DNA of 64,000 nt, from positions 418,157 to 482,156 of IMG/VR virus record IMGVR_UViG_3300028558_000016; one strand, written 5' to 3'. Position 1 is the first letter of the stretch. Each line of letters opens with the position of its first letter. The position numbers and the translations under genes were made by a program. This document shows positions 18,210 through 26,989 of the stretch, piece by piece. The notes below the pieces were generated by a model. That model did not search any database. It worked only from the letters and a program-made list of their open reading frames with translations, and was not told the origin of the DNA.

Positions 18210-18365
18210 ATGAAGAAATTTATGGATCTCCTTGACAAGGACAAAAAGAACATTGTACCAATCATCATGGTGACTATAATGTTCGCATGCGCGATAATCA
18301 TCTCATTGAAGAATGATCGTGAAGCAAAAACAAAAATGGAAAGTAAAATAAATATAAACAAATAA
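18210..18365 (+). CDS. Small membrane protein
   Basis: IVPIIMVTIMFACAIIISL. Confidence 0.5.
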   Translation: MKKFMDLLDKDKKNIVPIIMVTIMFACAIIISLKNDREAKTKMESKININK

Positions 18366-18377
18366 AAACAAAAACAA

Positions 18378-18569
18378 ATGAAAACAGCAGAAAGTTTAAA
18401 AGCTCTTGTTGAGACCTTAGCGTCAGACGAGCAAAAATTCAGTGATGGAAACAATTCAGCAGGTTCTCGCATGAGAAAAACCTTGCAGGAGATTAAGAAA
18501 CTCGCACAAGCCGGCCGTGTGGATGTTCTTGCTAAACAAAAAGCAAACAAGCCTGCAAAAGCGAAGTAA
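18378..18569 (+). CDS. Hc1-family histone H1-like protein
   Basis: EQKFSDGNNSAGSRMRKTLQEIKKLAQAGR pattern. Confidence 0.75.
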   Translation: MKTAESLKALVETLASDEQKFSDGNNSAGSRMRKTLQEIKKLAQAGRVDVLAKQKANKPAKAK

Positions 18570-18600
18570 TTAATTAACCGTTCGTAATCACAACAATTAA

Positions 18601-21117
18601 ATGATGACTCCAACTGAAAGAATCGGCGACCTCGTGTTGCCACAGGGAACTTACGTTCTCATTCAGGATGGATCAAACGGTCAGGTCGATGTCATTGTTG
18701 GTCCAAACAAGACTGCAATGCAGGAAACAGACAAACCTGTGATCTATAAACCTGAAACTGGTCGGTTTGAAAAAATCTCGAATGCGCTTGATGCGGTTCA
18801 GAGTTTTTCCACCGCAAACGAAGGACAGTACATCGTCCTTCATAATCCTTCCAAAGGAAACAAAGAACACCCTAACAAGGGAAGAAACACCGAGTCCACA
18901 GAATTAAGCATTGGAAATAAGATCAACATCACCGGTCCACAATCTTTCGCTTTATTTCCTGGACAACACGCGCAAATAATCGACGGACACCAACTCAAAT
19001 CAAACGAATACTTGGTTGTGAGAGTGTACAACGAGGAATCTGCAAAAGAAAACATCGCAAAAGCGATAGTTAAAGCGGCAGAAGGCGCTGAGAAAAAGAA
19101 AAGCGAAATCAAAAAGGAAGATCTTGTTAATGGAAAATTGTTCATTATCAAAGGTACTGAGATTTCGTTCTACATTCCTCCAACCGGTATTGAAGTAGTG
19201 AAAGAGCCAACAAGCAATTCTTACGTAAGGAAAGCTGTTACTCTTGAAAGACTTGAGTATTGCATTCTTCTTGAGCAAAATGGAAACAAACGTTACGTAA
19301 AAGGTCCTGATGTTGTGTTTCCTGAACCAACAGAAGAATTCATAGGACAAAACGGAAACAACAAGTTCAGAGCTCTTGAATTAAACGATAACATGGGTAT
19401 TTATATCAAGGTTATTGCGGACTACAAAGATGGAGACAATGAACACAAAGCAGGTGATGAAATGTTCATCACCGGAAAAGAACAAAAAATTTATTACCCA
19501 CAGCCTGAACATGCCATCATTAAATATGGCGATCAAATAATCCATTATGCAATTGCAATTCCTTCCGGAGAAGGTCGTTACATTCTTAACAAGAATAACG
19601 GAGCAGTTGAAATGGTTAAAGGTCCAAAAATGTTCTTGCCAGATCCACGTAAGGAAGTTGTTGTTAAGAGAATTCTTGATGACAAGACTGTGGAATTGTT
19701 CTATCCTGGAAATTCCGAAGCGGTGGAATACAACCGCGAACTTCAAGGAGTAATGGACACTCTTGAAGAAGATGAAAACTCACGCTCATTCTCAAATTCC
19801 GGAAGATACTTCTCTGCTGGAAATATGGGAGGAAGCAACAGAAGCCACGCACAATTAAATGAGTTCCTCGATCTTTCTGCACAAGGAAGCTTAGGATTAG
19901 AAGGTCCTTTAGGAAACTCAACACTTTCGAGATCTAAATCTGCTTCTTCGTCCACTATGAAGCGTTCAACCAAACACACCAAACCAAGAACCATCACCCT
20001 TGATACTAAATATGAGGGAGTTGTTTCCATGAACGTTTGGCCTGGTTACGCTATACAAGTGATTAAGAAGAATGGAGAACGCGAAGTAGTGTATGGCCCT
20101 AAGGTCGTATTGCTTGAATACGATGAGACGTTAGAAGTTCTTGAGCTTTCTACTGGAAAACCTAAGAGTGATGGAAACCTCATCAAAACAGTTTACCTGC
20201 AAACAAACAACAACATTGTTTCAGACATCATCGAGGTTGAGACCAAGGATTCTGTCACAGTGTCTATAAGATTGTCTTACAGAGTTAACTTCAAAGAAGA
20301 CGATGCGAAAAAATGGTTTACCGTATCCAACTACGTGAAGCTTCTAACACAACACCTGCGTTCAGTTGTAAGAAACAGCGTGAAGAAGAACACCATCGAA
20401 GAATTCAACAACGCGGCAACAGACATCATACGTAACATAATTCTCGGAGAACCAAAAGATGGTAAGCGCGAAGGAAAATACTTCGAGGAAAATGGAATGA
20501 ATGTGTATGACGTTGAAGTATTAAACATCAAAATCGGTGACGATAGAATCGCATCGATGTTAAAAGATGCTCAGTACAACACCGTTGAAAAGAATCTTCT
20601 CATCGCAAAAGAAAAGAAGAACCTGGAGTACGTTAAGGAAACAGAGGGATTCAAAAGAGAGAGGATCAAAGAGGAAGCAAGTACGGAAGAACAACGTATG
20701 GTAAGCTTACTCGAAAAAATACAGTCCGATGCAAAAGCTGAACTTGAGAAATTAAAGAACGAAGAAGCTGCACAAGCTTCTAAGAGCAAAATCGCCGATG
20801 ATGTTCTCGAAAGAGAAAGAAAATCGAAAGAAATGATCTTGAATTTCTTAAGCAAAGAAGCTGACATCGAGATTAAGAAAGTGAAAGAGAAGATGGAAGC
20901 AGTAACTCCAGGACTTATTGAAGCGATCACATCGCTTGGTACAGTTTCGTTATCAGAAATTCTTGCTAAGAACCTCAGAGCTCAAACGAGCGGATTGCAT
21001 GGAATATTCCCTGAAGGCGGAATGGATGGATTAATGCACACCATCAAAGGAACAGCTCTTGAAAAACAATTTACTGACTTGCTTAACAAGCATGCAAAAA
21101 CTCCAATAACCAACTAA
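18601..21117 (+). CDS. Major vault protein (MVP) homologue
   Basis: Vault-type beta repeats (AVTLERLEYCILL..RYVKGPDVVFPEPTEEF); VVYGPKVVLLEYDETLEVLELSTGKPK..SDIIEVETKDSVTVSIRLSYRVNF leading into an SPFH-like shoulder; C-terminal coiled coil. Confidence 0.85.
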   Translation: MMTPTERIGDLVLPQGTYVLIQDGSNGQVDVIVGPNKTAMQETDKPVIYKPETGRFEKISNALDAVQSFSTANEGQYIVLHNPSKGNKEHPNKGRNTESTELSIGNKINITGPQSFALFPGQHAQIIDGHQLKSNEYLVVRVYNEESAKENIAKAIVKAAEGAEKKKSEIKKEDLVNGKLFIIKGTEISFYIPPTGIEVVKEPTSNSYVRKAVTLERLEYCILLEQNGNKRYVKGPDVVFPEPTEEFIGQNGNNKFRALELNDNMGIYIKVIADYKDGDNEHKAGDEMFITGKEQKIYYPQPEHAIIKYGDQIIHYAIAIPSGEGRYILNKNNGAVEMVKGPKMFLPDPRKEVVVKRILDDKTVELFYPGNSEAVEYNRELQGVMDTLEEDENSRSFSNSGRYFSAGNMGGSNRSHAQLNEFLDLSAQGSLGLEGPLGNSTLSRSKSASSSTMKRSTKHTKPRTITLDTKYEGVVSMNVWPGYAIQVIKKNGEREVVYGPKVVLLEYDETLEVLELSTGKPKSDGNLIKTVYLQTNNNIVSDIIEVETKDSVTVSIRLSYRVNFKEDDAKKWFTVSNYVKLLTQHLRSVVRNSVKKNTIEEFNNAATDIIRNIILGEPKDGKREGKYFEENGMNVYDVEVLNIKIGDDRIASMLKDAQYNTVEKNLLIAKEKKNLEYVKETEGFKRERIKEEASTEEQRMVSLLEKIQSDAKAELEKLKNEEAAQASKSKIADDVLERERKSKEMILNFLSKEADIEIKKVKEKMEAVTPGLIEAITSLGTVSLSEILAKNLRAQTSGLHGIFPEGGMDGLMHTIKGTALEKQFTDLLNKHAKTPITN

Positions 21118-21177
21118 ATTGGAAAGATAGTAGAGTAGTGTAGTAGTTCATGTGTTAATGTTTATTTGGTTAGCTTG

Positions 21178-21207
21178 AAGGCCATTCGCGAGAATGGCTT
21201 TCTCGTT
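21178..21207 (+). terminator. Hairpin, probable terminator after the MVP gene
   Basis: aaggccattc-GCGA-gaatggcttt with a weak U tract. Confidence 0.55.
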
Positions 21208-21292
21208 TAACAACCCTGAGTCTTGAGGGGTAAATGCACCAGCAGAGAGATTACGGAGTCCAACCTCTGAGTGATACTGCTGGTTTTTTTGT

Positions 21293-21300
21293 GATATATA
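21293..21300 (+). promoter_or_regulatory. Putative late promoter (RATATATA)
   Basis: GATATATA 19 nt upstream of ATG 21320; motif recurs just upstream of many late genes. Confidence 0.5.
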
Positions 21301-21319
21301 CTTCATAATAACAAACACC

Positions 21320-21616
21320 ATGAAAGTATACCTCCTAATAAACGAAGAAGGAAAATATAAGATCGGTTTCACAGAACGAGAAACAAAGAAGCGAATAAAA
21401 GAATTACAGACAGGATCACCATCAGAAATGAGAGTCGTCCAAGAATATGAAAGCGACAATGCAAGGAAGATAGAAACAATCCTACACAGGTTCCTAAGGT
21501 CTAAACGAATAAGTGGAGAGTGGTTTGAATTGACGAATGAAGAGGTTGCAGACTTTAAGAACAGATGCGCCAAGATCGATTACAATATAAAATTTCTCGA
21601 AGAAAATAAAATATAA
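21320..21616 (+). CDS. T5orf172/MUG113-type GIY-YIG nuclease-family protein
   Basis: VYLLINEEGKYKIGFT..KRIKELQTGSP..ETILHRFL...SGEWFEL. Confidence 0.85.
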   Translation: MKVYLLINEEGKYKIGFTERETKKRIKELQTGSPSEMRVVQEYESDNARKIETILHRFLRSKRISGEWFELTNEEVADFKNRCAKIDYNIKFLEENKI

Positions 21617-21617
21617 T

Positions 21618-21893
21618 ATGGAAAACCTAAAGACATTTGAAAGCTTCAATGATCCAAACCAGAAAACGGTTGAGAAGATCCAGCTTTCTTCCTACATCAC
21701 AAAAAGTGATTTCTTTTCTATGAAGAAGAAAAATGAAAAGGATGCTATTAAGAAATTGATTGCTGTTGGCGAAGTGCTACCAGACAAATACAAGAAAGAC
21801 AGTGAAGGAAACTATGTTATAGAAACTGGAAATCCTGATGTCAAAGAATTGACAATCCCAAAGAAATTCATTTACGAAATTTTTAAGAAATAA
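21618..21893 (+). CDS. Motif-bearing small protein
   Basis: Starts MENLKTFESFND. Confidence 0.65.
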   Translation: MENLKTFESFNDPNQKTVEKIQLSSYITKSDFFSMKKKNEKDAIKKLIAVGEVLPDKYKKDSEGNYVIETGNPDVKELTIPKKFIYEIFKK

Positions 21894-22511
21894 TTAGAAT
21901 TTATTTGGAAACTCTTTTTCGAGAGTTTTTCCAATTGATTTTTGCCCAGGAGATGTTTCTACAAAAGTTTTTAGTTCTTCTGGAAACCATTCCTTGACGG
22001 CTCTATATGCAAAATCTTCCCACGAATCACCTACTTCATAAACTTTTCTAACAACCAAGATTTTCTTGACAAGCTTATTCCAATCAGGAATAGCTTTAAT
22101 ACGAATTTCTGCCTCGCTGTTATCCGTTAAATTGAGAACATCAAATTTTTCTAATAAATCTTTCATAGAAAAGACTAAACAAATGTTTGACTCTCCAGTG
22201 ACTCCAGCCGAAACGTAACTTGGATCTATTGTCAGACAAACTCCAGCTGCGGTAGAAATTCCAGAAGAAATTTCATTTGTTTCTGATCCAAGAATAAATT
22301 TTGGTTTAGGTAAAGCAGGCATCTCTACTTTTTTTCCTGTGTTTGGATTCTTTCTTAAAACGTAAGGACCTGTGTTAATGTCTGGTAATTCATATATTTG
22401 ACTAAAAAGATTTCCTTCATTTACCCAATGATAGGCATAATCAATAGTAGACAAGTCTTCTATCTTGCGTTGCTCATCTCTGAATTTTTCAAAAAGTTTT
22501 AAATATTTCAT
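21894..22511 (-). CDS. Putative ART-fold protein with motif N-terminus
   Basis: Starts MKYLKLFEKFRDE; YAYHWV..GVCLTID..CLVFS..SEAEIRI, similar layout to 14698..15225. Confidence 0.5.
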   Translation of the reverse strand: MKYLKLFEKFRDEQRKIEDLSTIDYAYHWVNEGNLFSQIYELPDINTGPYVLRKNPNTGKKVEMPALPKPKFILGSETNEISSGISTAAGVCLTIDPSYVSAGVTGESNICLVFSMKDLLEKFDVLNLTDNSEAEIRIKAIPDWNKLVKKILVVRKVYEVGDSWEDFAYRAVKEWFPEELKTFVETSPGQKSIGKTLEKEFPNKF

Positions 22512-22735
22512 TACAGGTTTGAAATAAGAGCCCTGAACAATACGTCTTTAGCATCTTCTACAGAAAGATTTCCGTATTCTGGTTTGTTGGCAATATCGTT
22601 AGCCAATATGTTCATGTTAATATCCTGATTGTCGGAATCATTAGCATAATCTGTAATTCTCCTTTTTACTTCAGGAGTTAATTTAGTTAAGTCGACAGAT
22701 TCAAATATTTGTGTATAAGTTCTAATATGTTTCAT
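22511..22735 (-). CDS. Motif-bearing small protein
   Basis: Starts MKHIRTYTQIFE. Confidence 0.65.
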   Translation of the reverse strand: MKHIRTYTQIFESVDLTKLTPEVKRRITDYANDSDNQDINMNILANDIANKPEYGNLSVEDAKDVLFRALISNL

Positions 22736-22736
22736 G

Positions 22737-23000
22737 TTATCTGCTTCTTCCGTTTTTTAAATCATTCCAAAACTGCATAGTTTTGTATGCCACTATAGAA
22801 GCGACAGTTGGAGCTAATCCATATCCAAGAATATCCATAACAAAATCAACTCCTGTGTCCGACTTAAAATGTCCTATCACAGAACCTATTGTTATTAGTT
22901 CATAAATCGTTATTCCGAATGCTACCAAAAATATTTGGATGAATGTGTTCTGCCACATTATCTTGAAGAAATTCTTAAAGCTGTTGTCAAATTGTTCCAT
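22737..23000 (-). CDS. Small membrane protein
   Basis: Two hydrophobic segments. Confidence 0.6.
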   Translation of the reverse strand: MEQFDNSFKNFFKIMWQNTFIQIFLVAFGITIYELITIGSVIGHFKSDTGVDFVMDILGYGLAPTVASIVAYKTMQFWNDLKNGRSR

Positions 23001-23284
23001 TAGTCGTTCTTAATTATTTGTGACACAGTGTGTTTTTTGTTAGCTTCTGCATCCTTTTTGATTTTAGGCCAAAGTGTTTCGCAGATGTATTGTAATTGTT
23101 CGAGAGACATTACTGCTGTTCCGCTTGTTGCAATGTCAATTCTCCAATCTGATGTAGCCATTTTCTGCAAACTGTTTCTTAATGTAACAGTACAATATCC
23201 AACATCTTTTGGTTTGATGTCGTAAGATTTTCTGATTGAATCTTGCCCCTTTAAAGCTTCATTTATGTCTTTAATGTGTTTCAT
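23000..23284 (-). CDS. Motif-bearing small protein
   Basis: Starts MKHIKDINE. Confidence 0.65.
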   Translation of the reverse strand: MKHIKDINEALKGQDSIRKSYDIKPKDVGYCTVTLRNSLQKMATSDWRIDIATSGTAVMSLEQLQYICETLWPKIKKDAEANKKHTVSQIIKND

Positions 23285-23745
23285 TAGAAATCGCTAAATT
23301 TTTTTATGTTCTTCAAACCATTTGATTTTTCAAATGTTGCGGGTTCTCCAGAAGTGTAATCCATGAGTCCAGTATCTACAGGTTCTCCTTTAACTCCAGA
23401 CTGATTTCCTTTATCACCGCCTTCAGCGAATTTAACGCTGCTTGGAGCCAATTCAATAACCTCACCGTCTTCTTCTATCTCAATGGATATGTTCTCTCCT
23501 TTTTCATCCTTCTGAACTCTAACAACACTACCTGTGTGTTCTTTAGAATCTTCAACACCTTTTCCAGTTATGAAATCTCCTTCTTCAATTCCATCGATAA
23601 CGTCATTGACAGGTTTATCAATAGAGTCTGGGGCTTTCTTGTTAGAAAGAGTATCCAATGAACGATAACGAATCTTAAAGATGTCATTAGCGTATGTTGG
23701 ATCCCACATGGATGGAAGATCTTCAAAAAGTTTTATGTGCTTCAT
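23284..23745 (-). CDS. Motif-bearing protein with an SH3-like beta segment
   Basis: Starts MKHIKLFED; IEEGDFITGK..HTGSVVRV..ELAPSSV. Confidence 0.65.
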   Translation of the reverse strand: MKHIKLFEDLPSMWDPTYANDIFKIRYRSLDTLSNKKAPDSIDKPVNDVIDGIEEGDFITGKGVEDSKEHTGSVVRVQKDEKGENISIEIEEDGEVIELAPSSVKFAEGGDKGNQSGVKGEPVDTGLMDYTSGEPATFEKSNGLKNIKKFSDF

Positions 23746-24258
23746 TTAGTATATACCATTCTTCTTGTTATCCTTAATGGCCTTGTCAAGCTTTTTTAAT
23801 CTTGAATGGATCACGGCTGAGAGTTCATAGTTTTCTTCCTTCACAGATTTCACGAGCATCTCTTTAAGAACATCTCTTTCAATCTCATCGGAATTTCCTA
23901 CTGGATCTTCTTCTTCTGGTGAATTATCATTCTCACACATAACAGCACGCGTCGGAGTGAATACGATTTCAAGTCTGTATCCACTTTCTTTGTTGGACCA
24001 AAAAATAATCCAATTGTTATGCTGCAATTCATTAAAATTGCTGTCAATAACAAACTTAACAAGGTCTCTTAATTCCTTCTTAATTGCAAAGACGCTCTTC
24101 GTGGTTACGCGTACTTTTTTACCCTTTTTACTCGTAGTGTCCTCGTAAGCATCTCCATGCTGCGTTTCAAAATACCTCATGATGTGGTCCCAATCTAAAC
24201 GTTTGAACACCTCATCTATCAACTTTGAATAGTTTTCCATTTTAAATTTTTCGTTCAT
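23746..24258 (-). CDS. Hypothetical protein with C-terminal UVR (UvrB/C) motif
   Basis: LKEMLVKSVKEENYELSAVIHSRLKKL; start placed downstream of the AATATATA box at 24294-24301. Confidence 0.6.
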   Translation of the reverse strand: MNEKFKMENYSKLIDEVFKRLDWDHIMRYFETQHGDAYEDTTSKKGKKVRVTTKSVFAIKKELRDLVKFVIDSNFNELQHNNWIIFWSNKESGYRLEIVFTPTRAVMCENDNSPEEEDPVGNSDEIERDVLKEMLVKSVKEENYELSAVIHSRLKKLDKAIKDNKKNGIY

Positions 24259-24369
24259 TTCTAATAAACGGAAAGCGCTTTCTATTCTTACTTTATATAT
24301 TTGATTTTGTATGGAAATCACCACATTTTCCTAAATAAAAACGCCTTACAAAGTAAGGCGTTAAGTATT

Positions 24370-24561
24370 TTAATCAAGTCTATTTGTGTGATGATGAGGG
24401 CTTTCCTTTCTCTCATCTTCAAGAACTTTTTTGTATGATTCAAAACAATCTTCCAAAAATTGCTTGTACTCACTTTCAGTAAATTTCGTCGAACGATCTT
24501 TACAAAAACCTTTGCTGTAGAAATAAGACGCAACATAATTTGTAAATTTATCCTGATCCAT
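24370..24561 (-). CDS. Hypothetical protein
   Basis: 63-aa ORF. Confidence 0.55.
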   Translation of the reverse strand: MDQDKFTNYVASYFYSKGFCKDRSTKFTESEYKQFLEDCFESYKKVLEDERKESPHHHTNRLD

Positions 24562-24577
24562 TTTACATTAAATTATT

Positions 24578-24922
24578 TTACAGAACAAAAGGATACTGTT
24601 GGTATCTAAATCCAATAAAGGAAGCTCCACCATCTGCAACAAGCTTTTTCAAGTACATGTAATAAACAACTCCTTGCTTGAAAGATCCAGCTGGATAAGA
24701 TACTGCGGCAGCATCACCAAGCAATTGAACTTGTGTAGTTCCTGTTGAAGTAACTGTACAGAACAATGCAAACACAGGAGAATTTAATCCTGCTGCTACA
24801 GTTGGACCTGGAGGAGATGTTGGTCCTAAATTTGGATCAACGTGTGTTGTTGTTTGCTGTGTTGGAGTGTAATCTGTTCCCACTGCAATTGCGATTTGCG
24901 AATAAGCTGAATTTGGATTCAT
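24578..24922 (-). CDS. Hypothetical protein, possibly virion-associated
   Basis: T/P/G-rich then beta-rich 114-aa ORF in the late block. Confidence 0.55.
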   Translation of the reverse strand: MNPNSAYSQIAIAVGTDYTPTQQTTTHVDPNLGPTSPPGPTVAAGLNSPVFALFCTVTSTGTTQVQLLGDAAAVSYPAGSFKQGVVYYMYLKKLVADGGASFIGFRYQQYPFVL

Positions 24923-24945
24923 TATATTTTTATTATTATTTTGTT

Positions 24946-25455
24946 TTAGTTGAATGCAAGTACTTTAACTCTCACATCAAAATTTAAGTGTGGATTAAAA
25001 ATCGTAATTCCACCTGGAGATTCATCGAGTCCCCAACCTGAACCTATCTTAGTTGTTCCTGACAACATCATTATCTTTCCAATGTTTAAGTAACCGCTAC
25101 CCATTGTTGGATATAAGAACTTAATGTATTTTTCTGTAGTCTCAACTATGATTTGATTTACGTCTGCCTGAGGATATTTTACTACCAATGCGATAAATTG
25201 TACTTCTCCAGCATCATTTAAAATGCTATCAATGTCTAACAACACAGAAGCATTTGCTTTCACAACATACTCTTGGCTCATCCATTGATCAGCAGGCATG
25301 AACACGTCCTTCAAAGAGAATTCAAGAAGCGTGTCAGCTCCTTTAACAATCGACATGCTTGGATTGTTATTGGTTCCATCAAATATAAATCCCTGAAACG
25401 ATGAACCATCGTCGCATTTAAGATTGTTATTTGGATTTTGATTAGGAAGTCCCAT
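24946..25455 (-). CDS. Hypothetical beta-rich protein, possibly virion-associated
   Basis: 169-aa ORF in the late block. Confidence 0.6.
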   Translation of the reverse strand: MGLPNQNPNNNLKCDDGSSFQGFIFDGTNNNPSMSIVKGADTLLEFSLKDVFMPADQWMSQEYVVKANASVLLDIDSILNDAGEVQFIALVVKYPQADVNQIIVETTEKYIKFLYPTMGSGYLNIGKIMMLSGTTKIGSGWGLDESPGGITIFNPHLNFDVRVKVLAFN

Positions 25456-25474
25456 TATTCTCTTTTAATTATTT

Positions 25475-26050
25475 TTACTGGTCGTGATTTGTATAAGGAG
25501 CAATGTCATCCTCATCTGTCTTATTTATCTTTTCAGACTCAACAATTTTAGGTTCTTCCACTTTTTCATTGGAGGATTCCTTCTGTCTAAGCTTATCACC
25601 AAATTTGATGTAGTAGTTTAATGCTATCAAAGACATCATAGGAATTGAACCTCCTTGTACTATAGCCAATAATCTCCTGTGATCTACAGGAGTCCAATCT
25701 TCAAAGAACGGTTGGACGAGTTCCATCCATGATTTAAACAACGAACCATTTTGGTCTATGTCGTTAAATTCAAAGAAGACGTTACCTATGATTTGAATGG
25801 AAGTTACAAGCGCAAATAGAAACCAAACTGACGCACGATTAATGTTTATGCTTGCTGCAGAAACAGAAGCCAATGCAAATATCTCAATTGCTATTGAAAG
25901 ATAAACTGCCCAGGCAAATGGGTTTCCTAAATCATACCAGCTCACAACGTGTGAAATGGACATTGCAACAACCAATAAAATTGGCAAAAGGAAAGAATTC
26001 TTTATAAGAACGTCTCTCCTCATGCCTTTCAACCAATTTAAAATTTTCAT
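25475..26050 (-). CDS. Multi-pass membrane protein
   Basis: About four hydrophobic segments. Confidence 0.75.
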   Translation of the reverse strand: MKILNWLKGMRRDVLIKNSFLLPILLVVAMSISHVVSWYDLGNPFAWAVYLSIAIEIFALASVSAASININRASVWFLFALVTSIQIIGNVFFEFNDIDQNGSLFKSWMELVQPFFEDWTPVDHRRLLAIVQGGSIPMMSLIALNYYIKFGDKLRQKESSNEKVEEPKIVESEKINKTDEDDIAPYTNHDQ

Positions 26051-26391
26051 TTACCAGAGCTTAATTTTTCTTGAAGCTCTTTGATCTTTTGATCGTATTC
26101 ATTCATCCTGTCGTCGGGTCTCACTGTGGTCCTGACGATTGCATTCTGGTCATAGAGCATTCTCTTCGAGATTTCATATCCCTCAATGGTCATTCTTGTG
26201 TCAAGCTCTTGCTTTCCATAAGTATTGTCCTTGAGAGCCTTAACTGTCGTACTCAAGCTGTCAACCTCCTTACGCAACTTAATGTTCTCTTTTTGGTGGC
26301 TGCAACTCTGACAGCTGTTTATGCCGGTCAAAATAAGCAATAAATATATTGCTATGACCACAAATCTGTTGAGTTTATCTAAGATGTTCAT
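26047..26391 (-). CDS. Putative lipoprotein with coiled coil
   Basis: Signal-like N-terminus ending INSC, then heptad pattern; ATGA overlap with the membrane gene. Confidence 0.6.
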   Translation of the reverse strand: MNILDKLNRFVVIAIYLLLILTGINSCQSCSHQKENIKLRKEVDSLSTTVKALKDNTYGKQELDTRMTIEGYEISKRMLYDQNAIVRTTVRPDDRMNEYDQKIKELQEKLSSGK

Positions 26392-26392
26392 T

Positions 26393-26923
26393 TTACTTTT
26401 CCGGAGTTTTTTCTATTTCAATTCCATTTTCAGCAGCTGCCAATTTGCTTTCAAGTGAATTAACTTTATCCGTATCCTGCTTGATTAATTTCAAAGCTTC
26501 ATCCAAAGGCTTCACAAACTTAATGTGTCTTTCTGCTCTTTGAAGTCCTTTGTCCTCAACCTTTGAAAGGAAGAAGCTTAATGCTTGGATTGGAAGAGAC
26601 TGTAGAAAAATGTTTCCAGATTTTAATCCTTTTGCTTTTTCTACGTGTAATGCTTTAGAAACTTCTATTATTCCAAGAGCTTCCATGTTCTTCCATGTTG
26701 CACCATTGTCGATGAAATCGATCAAAGCTATTAGAGAAATTTCGTCTTCCAATTTTATTGGATAAACCTTATTCTTCATGTCAGCATTTAATGCGTCAAG
26801 CTCCTTTGTGATGTCATCCACAAGCTTTTGGTCTATTGCAACCGGTTTTGATTCTGTTGGATTAGCTTCCACTGTATTTTCTGTTGATACGGCGGTTAAA
26901 TCTTTGTTGTCTTCTGTGCTCAT
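26393..26923 (-). CDS. Hypothetical helical protein
   Basis: 176-aa ORF preceded by an AATATATA box. Confidence 0.65.
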   Translation of the reverse strand: MSTEDNKDLTAVSTENTVEANPTESKPVAIDQKLVDDITKELDALNADMKNKVYPIKLEDEISLIALIDFIDNGATWKNMEALGIIEVSKALHVEKAKGLKSGNIFLQSLPIQALSFFLSKVEDKGLQRAERHIKFVKPLDEALKLIKQDTDKVNSLESKLAAAENGIEIEKTPEK

Positions 26924-26989
26924 TTTTATATGTTTTAAACGTTATACGGTTAATAAATTACATTGTTTCAGCTACTTTTCTATATATTC

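Noticed and set aside
21083-21151. 22-aa antisense peptide (MNYYTTLLSFQFSWLLEFLHAC) as a type I toxin
   Set aside because: It overlaps the MVP 3' end and is too short to support without conservation data.
21260-21284. CTGAGTGA as a hammerhead ribozyme core; likewise CUGAUGG in the 35589-35716 element
   Set aside because: Neither matches CUGANGA, and there is no correctly placed GAAA with flanking stems.
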